From the human T2T-CHM13v2.0 reference genome, Homo sapiens: a stretch of DNA of 64,000 nucleotides. The stretch is from NCBI RefSeq assembly GCF_009914755.1, contig NC_060935.1. One strand, given 5' to 3'. Position 1 is the first letter of the stretch. Each line of letters begins with the position of its first letter. The notes under the pieces are model-generated. The model did not search any database and was not told where the DNA came from. It saw only the letters and a program-made list of their open reading frames with translations. A program made the position numbers and the translations under genes. Positions 29,801 to 41,341 of this stretch are shown one piece after another.

Positions 29801-32800
29801 GAATTAAAGAGCATTGTAGATAATTGTATTTTTCAAAAAATAGGTAAAATATCTGGTATATAACAGTTTAAAAAAAAAACAAAATTCCTTTGTTATCAAC
29901 TCTGTGACCTTAGAACTACCTTGTTACATTTTCAAAGATTAACTCTCCTTAAAAAATAAATGTACAAATTATTACAAGCCAGAATTGTTGCAAATCTTTT
30001 AAAATATATTTCACACTCATCATTTGTAATTACCATAGATTAAAAGGATGCTTGAAAATTTCACTGAAGAAAAGGTTATTATTTTTATGAGGTGAGAGAG
30101 ATAAATAGAAAGCCTCATGACTTTGTTACTGTATAATAAGACAATGTAATATTCAGCTGACTTTTTTTCAGTAGTTATCAATGTCATTTTTCTGTCATAT
30201 TATTTCAAGATAAGAGAAAAATAGCTACTCTTGGCCACAGCTACTCTGAAATATTTCATTAATGTGGCTCACATTATTTTTATTTACTCATTCTCTTTTT
30301 GTCCCCTCTTGAAGAAGAGTAATTAAAATGTTGGCTGGGAAGGAACTTAACAGACACTAAATAACCCCAAAGAGAAAAATGTTTCTGTGTTTACCTTTTA
30401 ATGCTTTTTATTCCATTGCCATGTTAGAAAGTAAACTCTTTTATGGTGGAAAATGTCTTTAATTTTATTATCAAAGTTTAATCTCTAAAGAGGTCTTCTG
30501 TTTTACAAAGTCTTCTAAGTCAGTTGGTATCTAATAAAGGCTGTTGATTAAAACTAGGAAACAACATTTAAAAGTACAGTCTGCTAGACGTTTGGTCACT
30601 TTATTTTCTATTAAATATTTATGCTACATCTACATAGCTTTAATGTATGAAATTTAATTTTGCAGAATTTCCCTGAGGTGGCCTGTGGTGTGGAGGTAAG
30701 GGAGAATGTCAGGCTAGAAATAGACTTAAGATAATGTAGTGCTATCTCTCCATCACCAGAGAGCAATACATTTAAAATTTAAAAGTGCTGTGTTACCATC
30801 AGAGCAGGGTCCAAGAAAGAAGAGCTACTGGCTGCAAGCCTTCAGGTAAACTGTGAAATCAAAAGGCATCGTTCGGTTTTATCAAGCAAACAGCTACAGT
30901 CATCACTTTGTGAACAACTTGAGAAAAAGATGCAAGACTGTTGTTGCTTGCCTCTTCTTAAAGAATTACTGGTTGTACAAAGCAGAAACTTCAAGCATGT
31001 CTATGTGCTGAGCTCAGAATTGTGTTGTATTAGCTTCACTTTGAAACGTCTAAAGATTTCCAATTTCATTCTGCTACTCACCACTTCTCTCCTTCTCAGA
31101 TTGGCTGCTAAGAGCATACATTCCTTTTTTTTTTTTTTAAACAGGAAGAAAACAGTTCTTCTATGTGAATTTCATCTTGCCAGAGAATAAATTGTACGAA
31201 ATGAATGGTATTTAGGATACTTTGGGGGTGCCAAATTACGCATTTGATATACTTCAATGGACACATGTGTTCACAAACACTTGTTTAATCAATTATCTCA
31301 CCAGAATTCTTCACCAAAATAAAAAATATTTAACTTACATTCTTATAGAAAAGAAAGTCAATGAAAAGGTTAAAGTAGTTCTAGTTTATACTTGGTCTGA
31401 AAAAATATATTTTATGTTTCTTTATTCAATTTAGATGTGCTAACTTTTGCCTTTCAGATTTTTAATATGGAGACTGGAGAACTTTAATCTTACCCTTTTT
31501 TTAGATTTTGATAACCTTTAGCTTTTTTTTCCTCCTTTCAAATTTTAAATTCTTTTTAAAAATGCATTTAGTTATCTAATTTAAGCAGCCTTTTTGTGGT
31601 TTGGTTTATGTGGAATTATAAATATAGCTGGTCAAGAGCAATAAGACTATTCATACTTTTCCTCTTCAGTGACAGTGTATGAAGGGAGGAGATTTGTCTT
31701 GTAAGCCTGAAGCCAACCTTTCACTTTGTTCTGAATTCGCTGCTCCGTGTTACCATGGGAAACTCCAGCACTCATCAAGGCTGGCTGAACCCAGCTGGCT
31801 GCACGGAGCTTTCACAGTGACTTGGGCACTGGGGACAAGCTGGCTCATTTACTAACATCTGACTTTTTGGCCCAAAGTACAAAATCTCATAAGCAGCACT
31901 TACAAAAGGCTCGATTTTTCAGGATGTCAAGTTTTGTGACAACCTTTTTTTTTTTGGAAAAGACATACTGTTTTCTCTTTAGTCCAACTAGCTATTGCAT
32001 TGACAACATTTCTTTTTGGAAAGAATAGCTGAGGAATTTAACTGAAAAAAATTAATAGGAGAAATAAAAACTCTAAATGATCCAAATTGGGGCAGAGGTA
32101 TAGCTAAAGCAGCAAATCACTCAAATGAATTCAACAACATTTAGTTCCCAAATTCAATTTTCTACAGTAAACCTTGTACAGTCTATAGATGCTTAGTGAA
32201 TTGGATTCCATTCCCACTGAAGCCATTCTTCAAACAAACAAACAAACAAAAATTCAATATATACACTCTTTTATACTCTAACTTCAGTTTGACAAGAGGG
32301 CTTTGTATTAGCAGAAGGATCTTGCAGCTCGAATATATGAATAATTTTCCTAAAATTTACATAAGACTACAATATCAATAAAGTATCATTAAACGATTAA
32401 ATAGCTTTCATATTATGTTGCTCCAAACAAGTAAGGTTTTTACTTTCTTAATAAAGGGGTGAGGAATCTGAGAAGTGGGTTGAAACAAAGGTAACATATT
32501 GATTATATCAAAATCTTTTCCACAGTAATTATCATTTAAAAGCTTCTAGGTGCACACAGCAGGCCAGAAGTCAAGGGTACATGAGATCAGCACTAAATCA
32601 GCAACAGATATAGATATGGCCACAGCAGTAGAGAGGTGCAGAACCAGAGTTAAACATTAGACATCAAAGAGAGAACAGAAAGTCTAGTGAGTAGGATGGC
32701 AAGAGAGTCCTGGGTAACTAACTAAATCAGTGATAAGAAAGGTAAATGGGATGACAGAAGGTGAGGACCTTAAGAAGGAAAGTCAGACAATACACGTCCA

Positions 32801-32951
32801 TTTTAATAGACACTGCTCTCTCTCTGGCAGAGCTACCATCTAAACACTGAGTTTTGAACATGAAGACAAATAGTTGAGATTTTGAGACCTAACTAAACAT
32901 TCTTTTGAATTAATTATCCTGAAGAACTCGGTAGTAAGCAAGTTAATTTCT

Positions 32952-33274
32952 TTCTTTCTTTCCTTTCTTTTTTTTTTTTTTTTTTTTTTTTTTTGAGACG
33001 GAGTCTCACTCTTTTGCCCAGGCTGGACTGCAGTGGCGCTATCTCGGCTCACTGCAAGCTCGCTTCCCGGGGTCATGCCATTCTCCTGCCTCAGCCTCCC
33101 AAGTGGCTGGGACTACAGGCGCCCGCTACCACGCCCGGCTAATTTTTTGTATTTTTAGTAGAGACGGGGTTTCACCGTGTTAGCCAGGTTGGTCTCGATC
33201 TCCTGACTTCGTGATCCGCCCACCTCGGCCTCCCAAAGTGCTGGGATTACAGGCGGGAGCCACCGCGCCTGGTC
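32952..33274 (-). mobile_element. AluY (Yk-like diagnostics)
   Basis: 'ggactgcagtggcgctatctcgg'; perfect 16-bp TSD aagcaagttaatttct at 32936-32951 and 33275-33290. Confidence 0.95.
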
Positions 33275-33296
33275 AAGCAAGTTAATTTCTATGCCT

Positions 33297-33302
<6 letters not shown>

Positions 33303-33363
<61 letters not shown>

Positions 33364-33387
33364 GTATATGTATATGTATATATATGT
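33303..33387. repeat. Compound (CT)n(AT)n(ATATGT)n microsatellite
   Basis: Direct observation. Confidence 0.98.
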
Positions 33388-36300
33388 AAATGATGATGCT
33401 TCAAAAAATAATTTAGGTATTTATTTTCTGCATTCCACCACTAGAATGAAAAATAGTAGTATCCTCTTCTATCATGTTCATAAGTCTGTCTCCAGCTGGT
33501 AGCATAAGACTGACCTGTATCAATTGTTGTACAAGTATTTGGTGATCGGATTCATTATTAGCTATCTTTCTTTTGGAGTTTTCCTTCACTCTTGAAATTA
33601 TAAATTATGTTTCCTAACACTACAGTTTCAGTTTCTGTTTTACTACATATGAAAACTGAACATCTCTACTATAGATAGATTAGCACTGTTCAGCAGCAAC
33701 AGTGATTACTGCCAAATACCATTTCTCTGTTGGAAACACATCCAGAATTCTAGGAGCTTATAAAGTTGAAAAAGTGACATATGGTATAATTGCATTAAAG
33801 AGGAAAGAAGTGTAAATTCACAATGTATCTTTACAAAAACAAGCAAACAATATTTTGGAAAGAAATATTTCTATCATAAAGCACCATTAACACATACTAT
33901 TAACAATATTTATTAGTTGCTAATATAATTCCCCAAAAAATCTATGAATCATGAAGACTGATGTCTTTATATAATCTTTGGAATTGCTAGAGGATTATAT
34001 CTTTTGACAACTTCGTTGTGTAACAAGAAAACAATAGATATTACAAACCTAGGAGAGTATTTGCCTTTATTTTTTGTTCTGTAATAGCATGGTGTAAAGT
34101 AGTGAAGTCCTTTTATAGATATCCTAAGACAGATACTGCTACCCATGCCAGGGAAAATTCCCAAACCTGACAAAATGTAAATTAACCTAGTCTAGTTGTT
34201 TGTTGTCAAGGAGTTAGATTATTTGATACAACACATGGCAACAGAAATCAATGTCTCTTGAACAAGGCTGAATGGATCCGTTCACTTAATGGGGGTGGAA
34301 GGTGGACAGTCCCCATTGATAGCTCTACTATCTAACCAAGGAAAATTTGGAGGGAACCCAACTACTCCCCATAAAACATTCCACTGTTTACTTTTGGCAT
34401 TGTAGGAGGTCAATAAATAACTTCCCTATTTTCTTGACAAATACAGAAATCACAGGGTGAGGGCCAAGATTCACACAAATGGAGATCAAAATAACAGGTC
34501 AGACTGGGAAGCATGGTTAGATCTATGGCAACAGTGGGCTTCTTAATGGTGTACTCAGAATTAAATTTATCCATCTTGCCACCGACTATGCTGAAAATTC
34601 TAGGGTTTCTCCAAAAAGGCTGTGCCTCTAACACCTATGACATAGAGAGGCAAAGAAAACCCAATGGGAATGGGCAAGAATAATCAATTCCTTTTCTCAT
34701 ATTCACCTATCACATATGATTTTATCTAATAGGCTGGGCACCAAAAGGGAACAGGGAAGAAGTCAGGATCACCCTAGAAAGTCCTTCCCCATGGGACACT
34801 AAGGAGTGGGAGGAAGAGTTATCCCCCAACGTCATTATTCCTTCCACCTCCCTTGCTAGTTTTCTTTCCCGAATGGGTATAGAAGAATTCCATTTTATCT
34901 CCTTTGCTTTTTTCTTACTCTTCTTATATTCCCTTCTCTCTCATTCATGTTCTACTACATTTACAATATAAATTTCATTACTAATTAACTATTCAAAGAT
35001 AAATCTGTTCTGTAAGAAAAGATGCTAAGGTACTTAAGAGAGAAGGAAATCCCGATGAAATATGCCTCAACTGAAACAAAATTAGGAGAAAGCAAAATCA
35101 CCTATAGTTTACTGAAAGCAAAGGGATTTCATTACATATTAATGTGAACTGAATTGTCATGGAGGGTAGAAGTGTAAGAAGAGCCACAGGGAGATTACTT
35201 GAAAACAAAAGCTGCATAAACACTGAGAGAAAGATCCTGCCCCCAACCACCTGTCTTGGGTACAACAGCCAAAAATATAAAAAAATGTGTATCAAAAATA
35301 ATGAGGGTTTTTCATGTTAACCGTAATGGAATATTTCAGAAAATGTAGTGCTTCACTATTAAGGCAGAGCACCTGCAAATAGTGCAAAACTTCAGACACA
35401 GAAAAGCTGTAGCTTTGTAACATTTTATTAGCAAAAGTTGCAAATAATAAGAAATCATTTAAGTAGCCTTAAGACAACAAAGAAATCTTAAAATGTCAAA
35501 AAATGTATACTACTTTAAAATAGCATCGCATCCCTTCCATGTTTCTGATAAAAGATGAGTTTACATAGTCATTAAAATCTATGCTCCTTTATCTACTGTT
35601 TTTATGAAAAATAAATGTGATTACTAACCATGTAACATACATGCCTTTGAGGACTCAGCCATCAGACAACGAACAAACTGTGCTACTGCAGTTATGCTGC
35701 ATGATAATATAAAGTTGTATACTGAAAGAAGGAGCCTTGAAGATTTTTCACCCCAAATAAAAAAATAGTGAATCATTTCTAGTGTTTTGATATGAGCATA
35801 AATATAAAATCTCACTTTAATACTGAATGCATGAAGAGCAGATGAACAAAGCTGCTCAAGAGCAGCTGGCGGATGGTCAGGCTGGAGATGCAGGAGCTAA
35901 GGGTTAAGGGCTGCTGCAGGTCAAGAACAGCCAGGGGTCTTGACCTTAGGGCCTTGAAATGGAGCTTATGCAATTTCAGTTCTGCCTAAGTGGGTGAAAT
36001 GAAAGATAGAGAATGTAGGAATTTAGCATGGGAAGGAAAAAACAGGTCAAGGCAGGCAGGTTTCAGCAGATATAAAATTCCCAAGCAAATCGAAATCCCA
36101 AGTGTGGCTGACTCTAGATCTAGATTATTTTTACTTTGAATATTTTAATACATTTTGTCAGGCATAGGAGCCCATGACTTATAAGTAGCTATGGGAAATG
36201 GTTATAATCAATGGAAAAGTCAGAAATCTCAGAGAAACTCTTTACCCAAGCCCTTTTTCTTAAAACTACCAACATACGGACACAAGTGTGACCTACAGTT

Positions 36301-36473
36301 CCTGTTTTGTTTTGTTTTTCCAGAAAATAGAAGGAATATTCAATTTCGATGCCCACGCTCTTTACTCAAAGTGTTCCACTGCCTTTGTGGCCTCTGAATC
36401 TTCTACCTTTGTTCAATTTTCCAGTGTTTAGATCCGAAAACAGAATTAAATTTCTGCAGATTCAGTCGTTCAT

Positions 36474-36928
36474 GTTGTGTTAGGGCTCCTGTAACAAAGT
36501 ACCATACACTGAATTGCTGAAACAACAGAAATTTATTTTCTCACAATTCGGGAGACCAGAAGTCCGAGATTAAGGTCAGCAAGGTTGGTTCCTCCTGAGG
36601 GTGTGAGTGAGAATCTCTTTGAGGCCTCTTTCCTGGTTTCTGTGGTTTGCAGGCAATCTTTGTTAATCCTTGACTTGTAGAAACATTACCCCAATCTCTG
36701 TCTTCTTGTTTATGTGATGTTCTTCCTGTGTATCTGTCTGTGTCCAGACATCCCCTTTTTATAAGGATACAAATTCAACTGGATTACGGGTCCACCTCAC
36801 TCCAGTATGAACTGATCTTAACGAAATACCTCTGCAATGATCCTATTTCCAAATAAGCTCACATTCTGAAGTTCTGAGAATTAGGAATTCAACATATAAA
36901 TCTGGGGGAACACAATTCATCCCATAAC
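36474..36928 (-). mobile_element. MLT1C/B-like solo LTR
   Basis: 'ctgtaacaaagtaccatacactg..aacaacagaaatttatt..cacaattcatcccataaca'. Confidence 0.88.
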
Positions 36929-37819
36929 AATACTTCTGATCACATGGTTTGCACACAAACCTTGTGCATGAATCTTATTTTAGACCCACCCACTCAAAGA
37001 GCTGATTGTAAAATAGAGTGGAGGACATTGATTAACCTGTTTTAAAACAGTAAATGTGATGATAATTTTGTTATAACCACTTAAAGTTTCATTTCATGAA
37101 AAATCGTACTTTATTTCAGTTTTATAGTACCACTATTTCCATCTTCATGCTGCCTCCTGACTCTTAACTTTTTTTTTTTTGGCTTTATAATTAGCATTCT
37201 CACAACAGTGATCTCTACAAGATTGCCTTTATATGACTTTAAAATCTCCAAATTGAAAGTCCTATTCTCAATGTCCTATTCTCAGTGTCCTCTGACTCTG
37301 AAAGGTTTCTGTTTAATGCCTTCTTTAGACTATCTCTGCTTCAGGATTCTAAGACAGTCAATCTCCTGCCTTTTTCCTTATTTCTCTGACCACATGTTTT
37401 TGATTGTTTTGTCTGTTTCTCCATATCACTTGTCCTTACATAAATATTTGTTGAATAACTGAATGGATGAATGAATGGGTTGATGTATGGATAGGTGGAC
37501 GGATGAATAAATTTTGGACTTTAAACCAACAGGAAAATAGTGAAAAGTTTTAACAACAACAACAACAACAAAAAAAACCGGCTTGTCTATATTTCTAATA
37601 TTTCCCCACTATCTTTTTCTCACTCCAGTTTTTCTCATACTTCTTCAAAATATTATTATTTCAAAAATTATCCTTGATCACAAACTTTATGGATATTCAT
37701 TATTAAACAGGCAATAAAAACACATTACCCCAGAATAAAAAAGTCTTTCAATTCTCCTCCCTATTTTCATACTGGTACGCTAAGATCAATATCAAGTGTT
37801 TTTTTAGCCTAAGTTTTCC

Positions 37820-37872
37820 TATTTCTCTGATTTTGCTATTGCCTTTTTTTATTTCTCTGATTTTGCTATTGC
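37820..37872. repeat. Perfect 23-bp direct repeat, period 30
   Basis: tatttctctgattttgctattgc at 37820-37842 and 37850-37872. Confidence 0.95.
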
Positions 37873-40399
37873 TATTCTGCCTAGAATCTTGTTTTGCAAA
37901 TAGTTTATTTACCTTTTCTTTAATAAAATTATCTTTAAATTTATTGTCAATTATTTTCCAGAAAAAAAAACAGTTTATTATCTGATATCTCTGTTTCCTA
38001 GGGGTGAAAATAAAGTCATTTATTTTACTCTGGGACTTTCTTAGATTCCAGTAATTCTTACTACTTCTCTATGATAGAAAATTAGTGGTTGTTCACTTCA
38101 TACTAATAGTTATATTAAACTTTACTTATGAAATTTATAGAATTCTATAACTTAAAAAAAGCTCTATTTTTGATTTTTCCAGATCTTGGTGTTTTTAGGC
38201 AAAGGAGAACTAACATATGTCAGGCTCCATGAGCTATAAAAATTGTTTATGTGAGGATAATAAAAATGTTCAGAAGACAAACTTACACAAATTCATATTG
38301 GAGATCCAACATCTTTTAGTTTTAAGTATGTCCTTCAGAGAATAATCTGGAAAATTAAATAGAAGAAAACACATATTCTTTACAAATTTCTGTTCTTCTT
38401 TTCAAGATGATTGTTTTCATTATGTCGCTGTCACTGTTACTGGTTACACTAAAAATATTGGAAACTCTTGTAGATGAAGTGTATTGTTACTTGTCCTTAG
38501 AGAAGACTTGAAAACATCTTGAGAGAAGCACTTATAACATCAAAACTTACAGTTCTTTCATTTAAGTTGTTTTTAAAAATTATTCTAGTTTCCATTAACG
38601 TGAAGTGGGCTCTGAGTACAGGATATCAGCAACTTCATACAAGCCTTCAGAAAGCAAATAGTAATTGAGTTTTATATTAATTTTTAGTATTGTAGGATTT
38701 GCCATAATCAGAAAGTACATAGATAATTTTAAATAAACTTTTTAAAAATTTTAGAACACTTTTGAATTTCTGAAAAATTGCAGAGCTTTCATATGCCCAC
38801 ACCCACTTTCCCCTATAAATAACATCTTACATATGCTACGGTCATTATAATTAATGAAAGAGTTTAATACAGTATTAACTAAAGGCCGTAAGTTATTCAG
38901 ATTTCCTTTGTTTTTACCTAAATCCTTTTTCTGTTCCAGAAGACTACATTATACTTTGTTGTCATATCCCCCTGGGGTTGTCTTGGCTGTGGCTTTCCCT
39001 CAGACTTACCTTGTCTTTAAGGACCTAGACAGTTTTAAGGAGTACTGAACAAGTATTTTGTATAATATCCTTCCATTGTGTCTCTCAATCTGCTATTTCT
39101 CTTATAATTAGACTGGGATATGGGTTTCAGAAAGGAAGATAATAGAGGTAAAGTGTTGTTTTCATTACATCATATCAGGAGTACATACTACCAACATGAC
39201 TTACCACTGTTGATGTTGACCTTGCTGAAGTCAACTAACTGAGACAGTGTTTTCCAGGTTTCTCCACTATAAAGTTACTTCCGCACCAATGCTGCCCCAT
39301 GCTCTTTGGAAGAAAGATGCCATGCACAGGCTGCGCTTAAAAAGCAGGAGTTATTCTCCATCTTTTTGAGGACAGAGTATCTATCTACACAGTAATTTGG
39401 AAACTTTTTGCATGCGAGATTTAACTTTCCTTCTCTGTTTATTTATTTTTATAAGTACAAACTCGATATTTAGTTTGTAGTTCAAACTATAATCTAATGA
39501 TACCTTATTCATTATGTTACATTACAGCTCAAGATGTTCCAGCTTAGGCTGCTGAGGACTTACATTGGCTCCTGAGTCCCTTTGACATACCCTCCTCTAT
39601 ATGGGATATTATTCTGTTTTTGTTTTTGTTTTTGTTTTTCTGTTTTTATTATCACTTCCTTACTCTCTGGCATGCTCCAGAATAATCTTGAATATTTCCA
39701 GCCCTAGTTATAGAATGAGCCATTTTTCCAAGAAGCTGGGTTTCTTTCACTGGGGAATGATATTGGAAACAAAGGTTTGGCACTAGGTATGCTCACTGCT
39801 ATTGGAGTGTTGTTGCTTCTAGGCCCTCTCAGCTAACAAAAAACGGGATGGTATGTGGGCACAATAACCCATTAATACACACACGCACACACATAAATTC
39901 CTATATGTAAATTTCCTTATCTTTTGTATCAAAATTAAACCAAACATGGGTTCATACTGACATCTTCCACTCCAGTCTAGTATCATATGGATCATTTAAC
40001 CTCTTCGTAATGCTTTTGTGTAACCTTCCAACCCAACAGTGTAAAATTGAGCTCCCACCATCTTCCAACCATTTACTTAGTTGTTTAATTCAAGTATACA
40101 TATATAGCAATCTCAGAATTTTTAACCTGCACCCCTATAGAAAATAGGTTTATCAACTAGAGTATAATGTTTATGTATAATTTCTCTGCCTTTAGTCTTA
40201 AAAAGTTCTGATATTTCCAAAGTTATTGAGGTCAGCAATTTTTCATCCCAACATACTACAAATGTTGTTTCATACATTTGTAGTATAGTTAGATTCTTTT
40301 GTAGACTCTGTATTCCATCCTGGCATCCCTAACCTTCAAATGAATTTTATAAATTTATATATGTTTAGGATTACTCTTTTTTTTATAAAGTTCTGTGGG

Positions 40400-40766
40400 T
40401 ATATGTTTTGGCTGTGCCCCCACCAAAATTGGATCTTGAACTGTAGTTCCCATAAACCCCATGTGTGGTGGGAGGGACTGTGGGGGAGGTAATTGAATCC
40501 TAGGGGCAGTTTCCCCCATGCTATTCTTGTGATAGTAAGTTCTCAAGACCTGATGGTTTTATAAGGGGCTTTCCCTTTTGCTCGGCTCTCATTCTTTTCC
40601 TTCCTGCTGCCATATGAAGGACATATTTGCTTCCCCTTCTGCCATGATTGTAAGTTTTTGGGGGCCTCCCTAACCATGTGGAGATGTGAGTCAATTAAAC
40701 CTCTTTCCTTTATAACTACCCAGTGTTGGGCAGTTCTTTATAGCAGCATAACAATGAACTAATAGA
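40400..40766 (+). mobile_element. THE1D-like LTR
   Basis: 'atatgttttggctgtg..gagtcaattaaacctctttcctttata..ggcagttctttatagcagc..actaata'. Confidence 0.92.
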
Positions 40767-40790
40767 GTAACTTGTCTTGGTACTAAAATC

Positions 40791-41341
40791 TGTATTAGGG
40801 TCCTTAGAGGGACAGAACTAATAGGGTATATGTATATATGAAAGGATGTTTAATGAGAATGGAGCCACATGATCACAAGATAAAGTCCCATGATAGGCAA
40901 TCTTCGAGTTGAGGAACAAAGAAACTAGTGGTGGATCAGTCCGAGTTCCAAAACCTCAAAAGTAGGGAAGCCGACAGTGCAGCTTCAGTCAGGGGCCAAA
41001 GTCCCGAGAGCCCCTGGCAAACCACTGGTGTAAGTCTAAGCGTCCAAAAGCTGAAGAACTTGGGAGCCCAATGTTCAAGGGAAGGAAGCATCCAGCACAG
41101 GAGAAAGATGAAGGCTGGAAGACTCAGCAAGTCTGCTCTTCCATCTTCTCCTGACTGCTTTATTCTAGCGGCACTGACAGCTGATTAGATGGTGCTCACC
41201 CAGATTGAGGGTCTGTTTCTCTCTCCCATTCCAGTGACTCAAATGTTAATCTCCTTTGGCAACACCCTCACAGACACACCCAGGAACAATACTGTGCATC
41301 CTTCAATCCAATCAAGTGGACACTCAATATTAATCCTCACA
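40791..41341 (-). mobile_element. MLT2A (HERV-L) LTR
   Basis: 'tgtattaggg..agagggacagaactaatagg..catccttcaatccaatcaagtggacactcaatattaatcctcaca'. Confidence 0.92.

Noticed and set aside
31145-31207. Possible coding exon (RKQFFYVNFILPENKLYEMN)
   Set aside because: Weak donor (gtattt), unrecognised peptide, no partner exons
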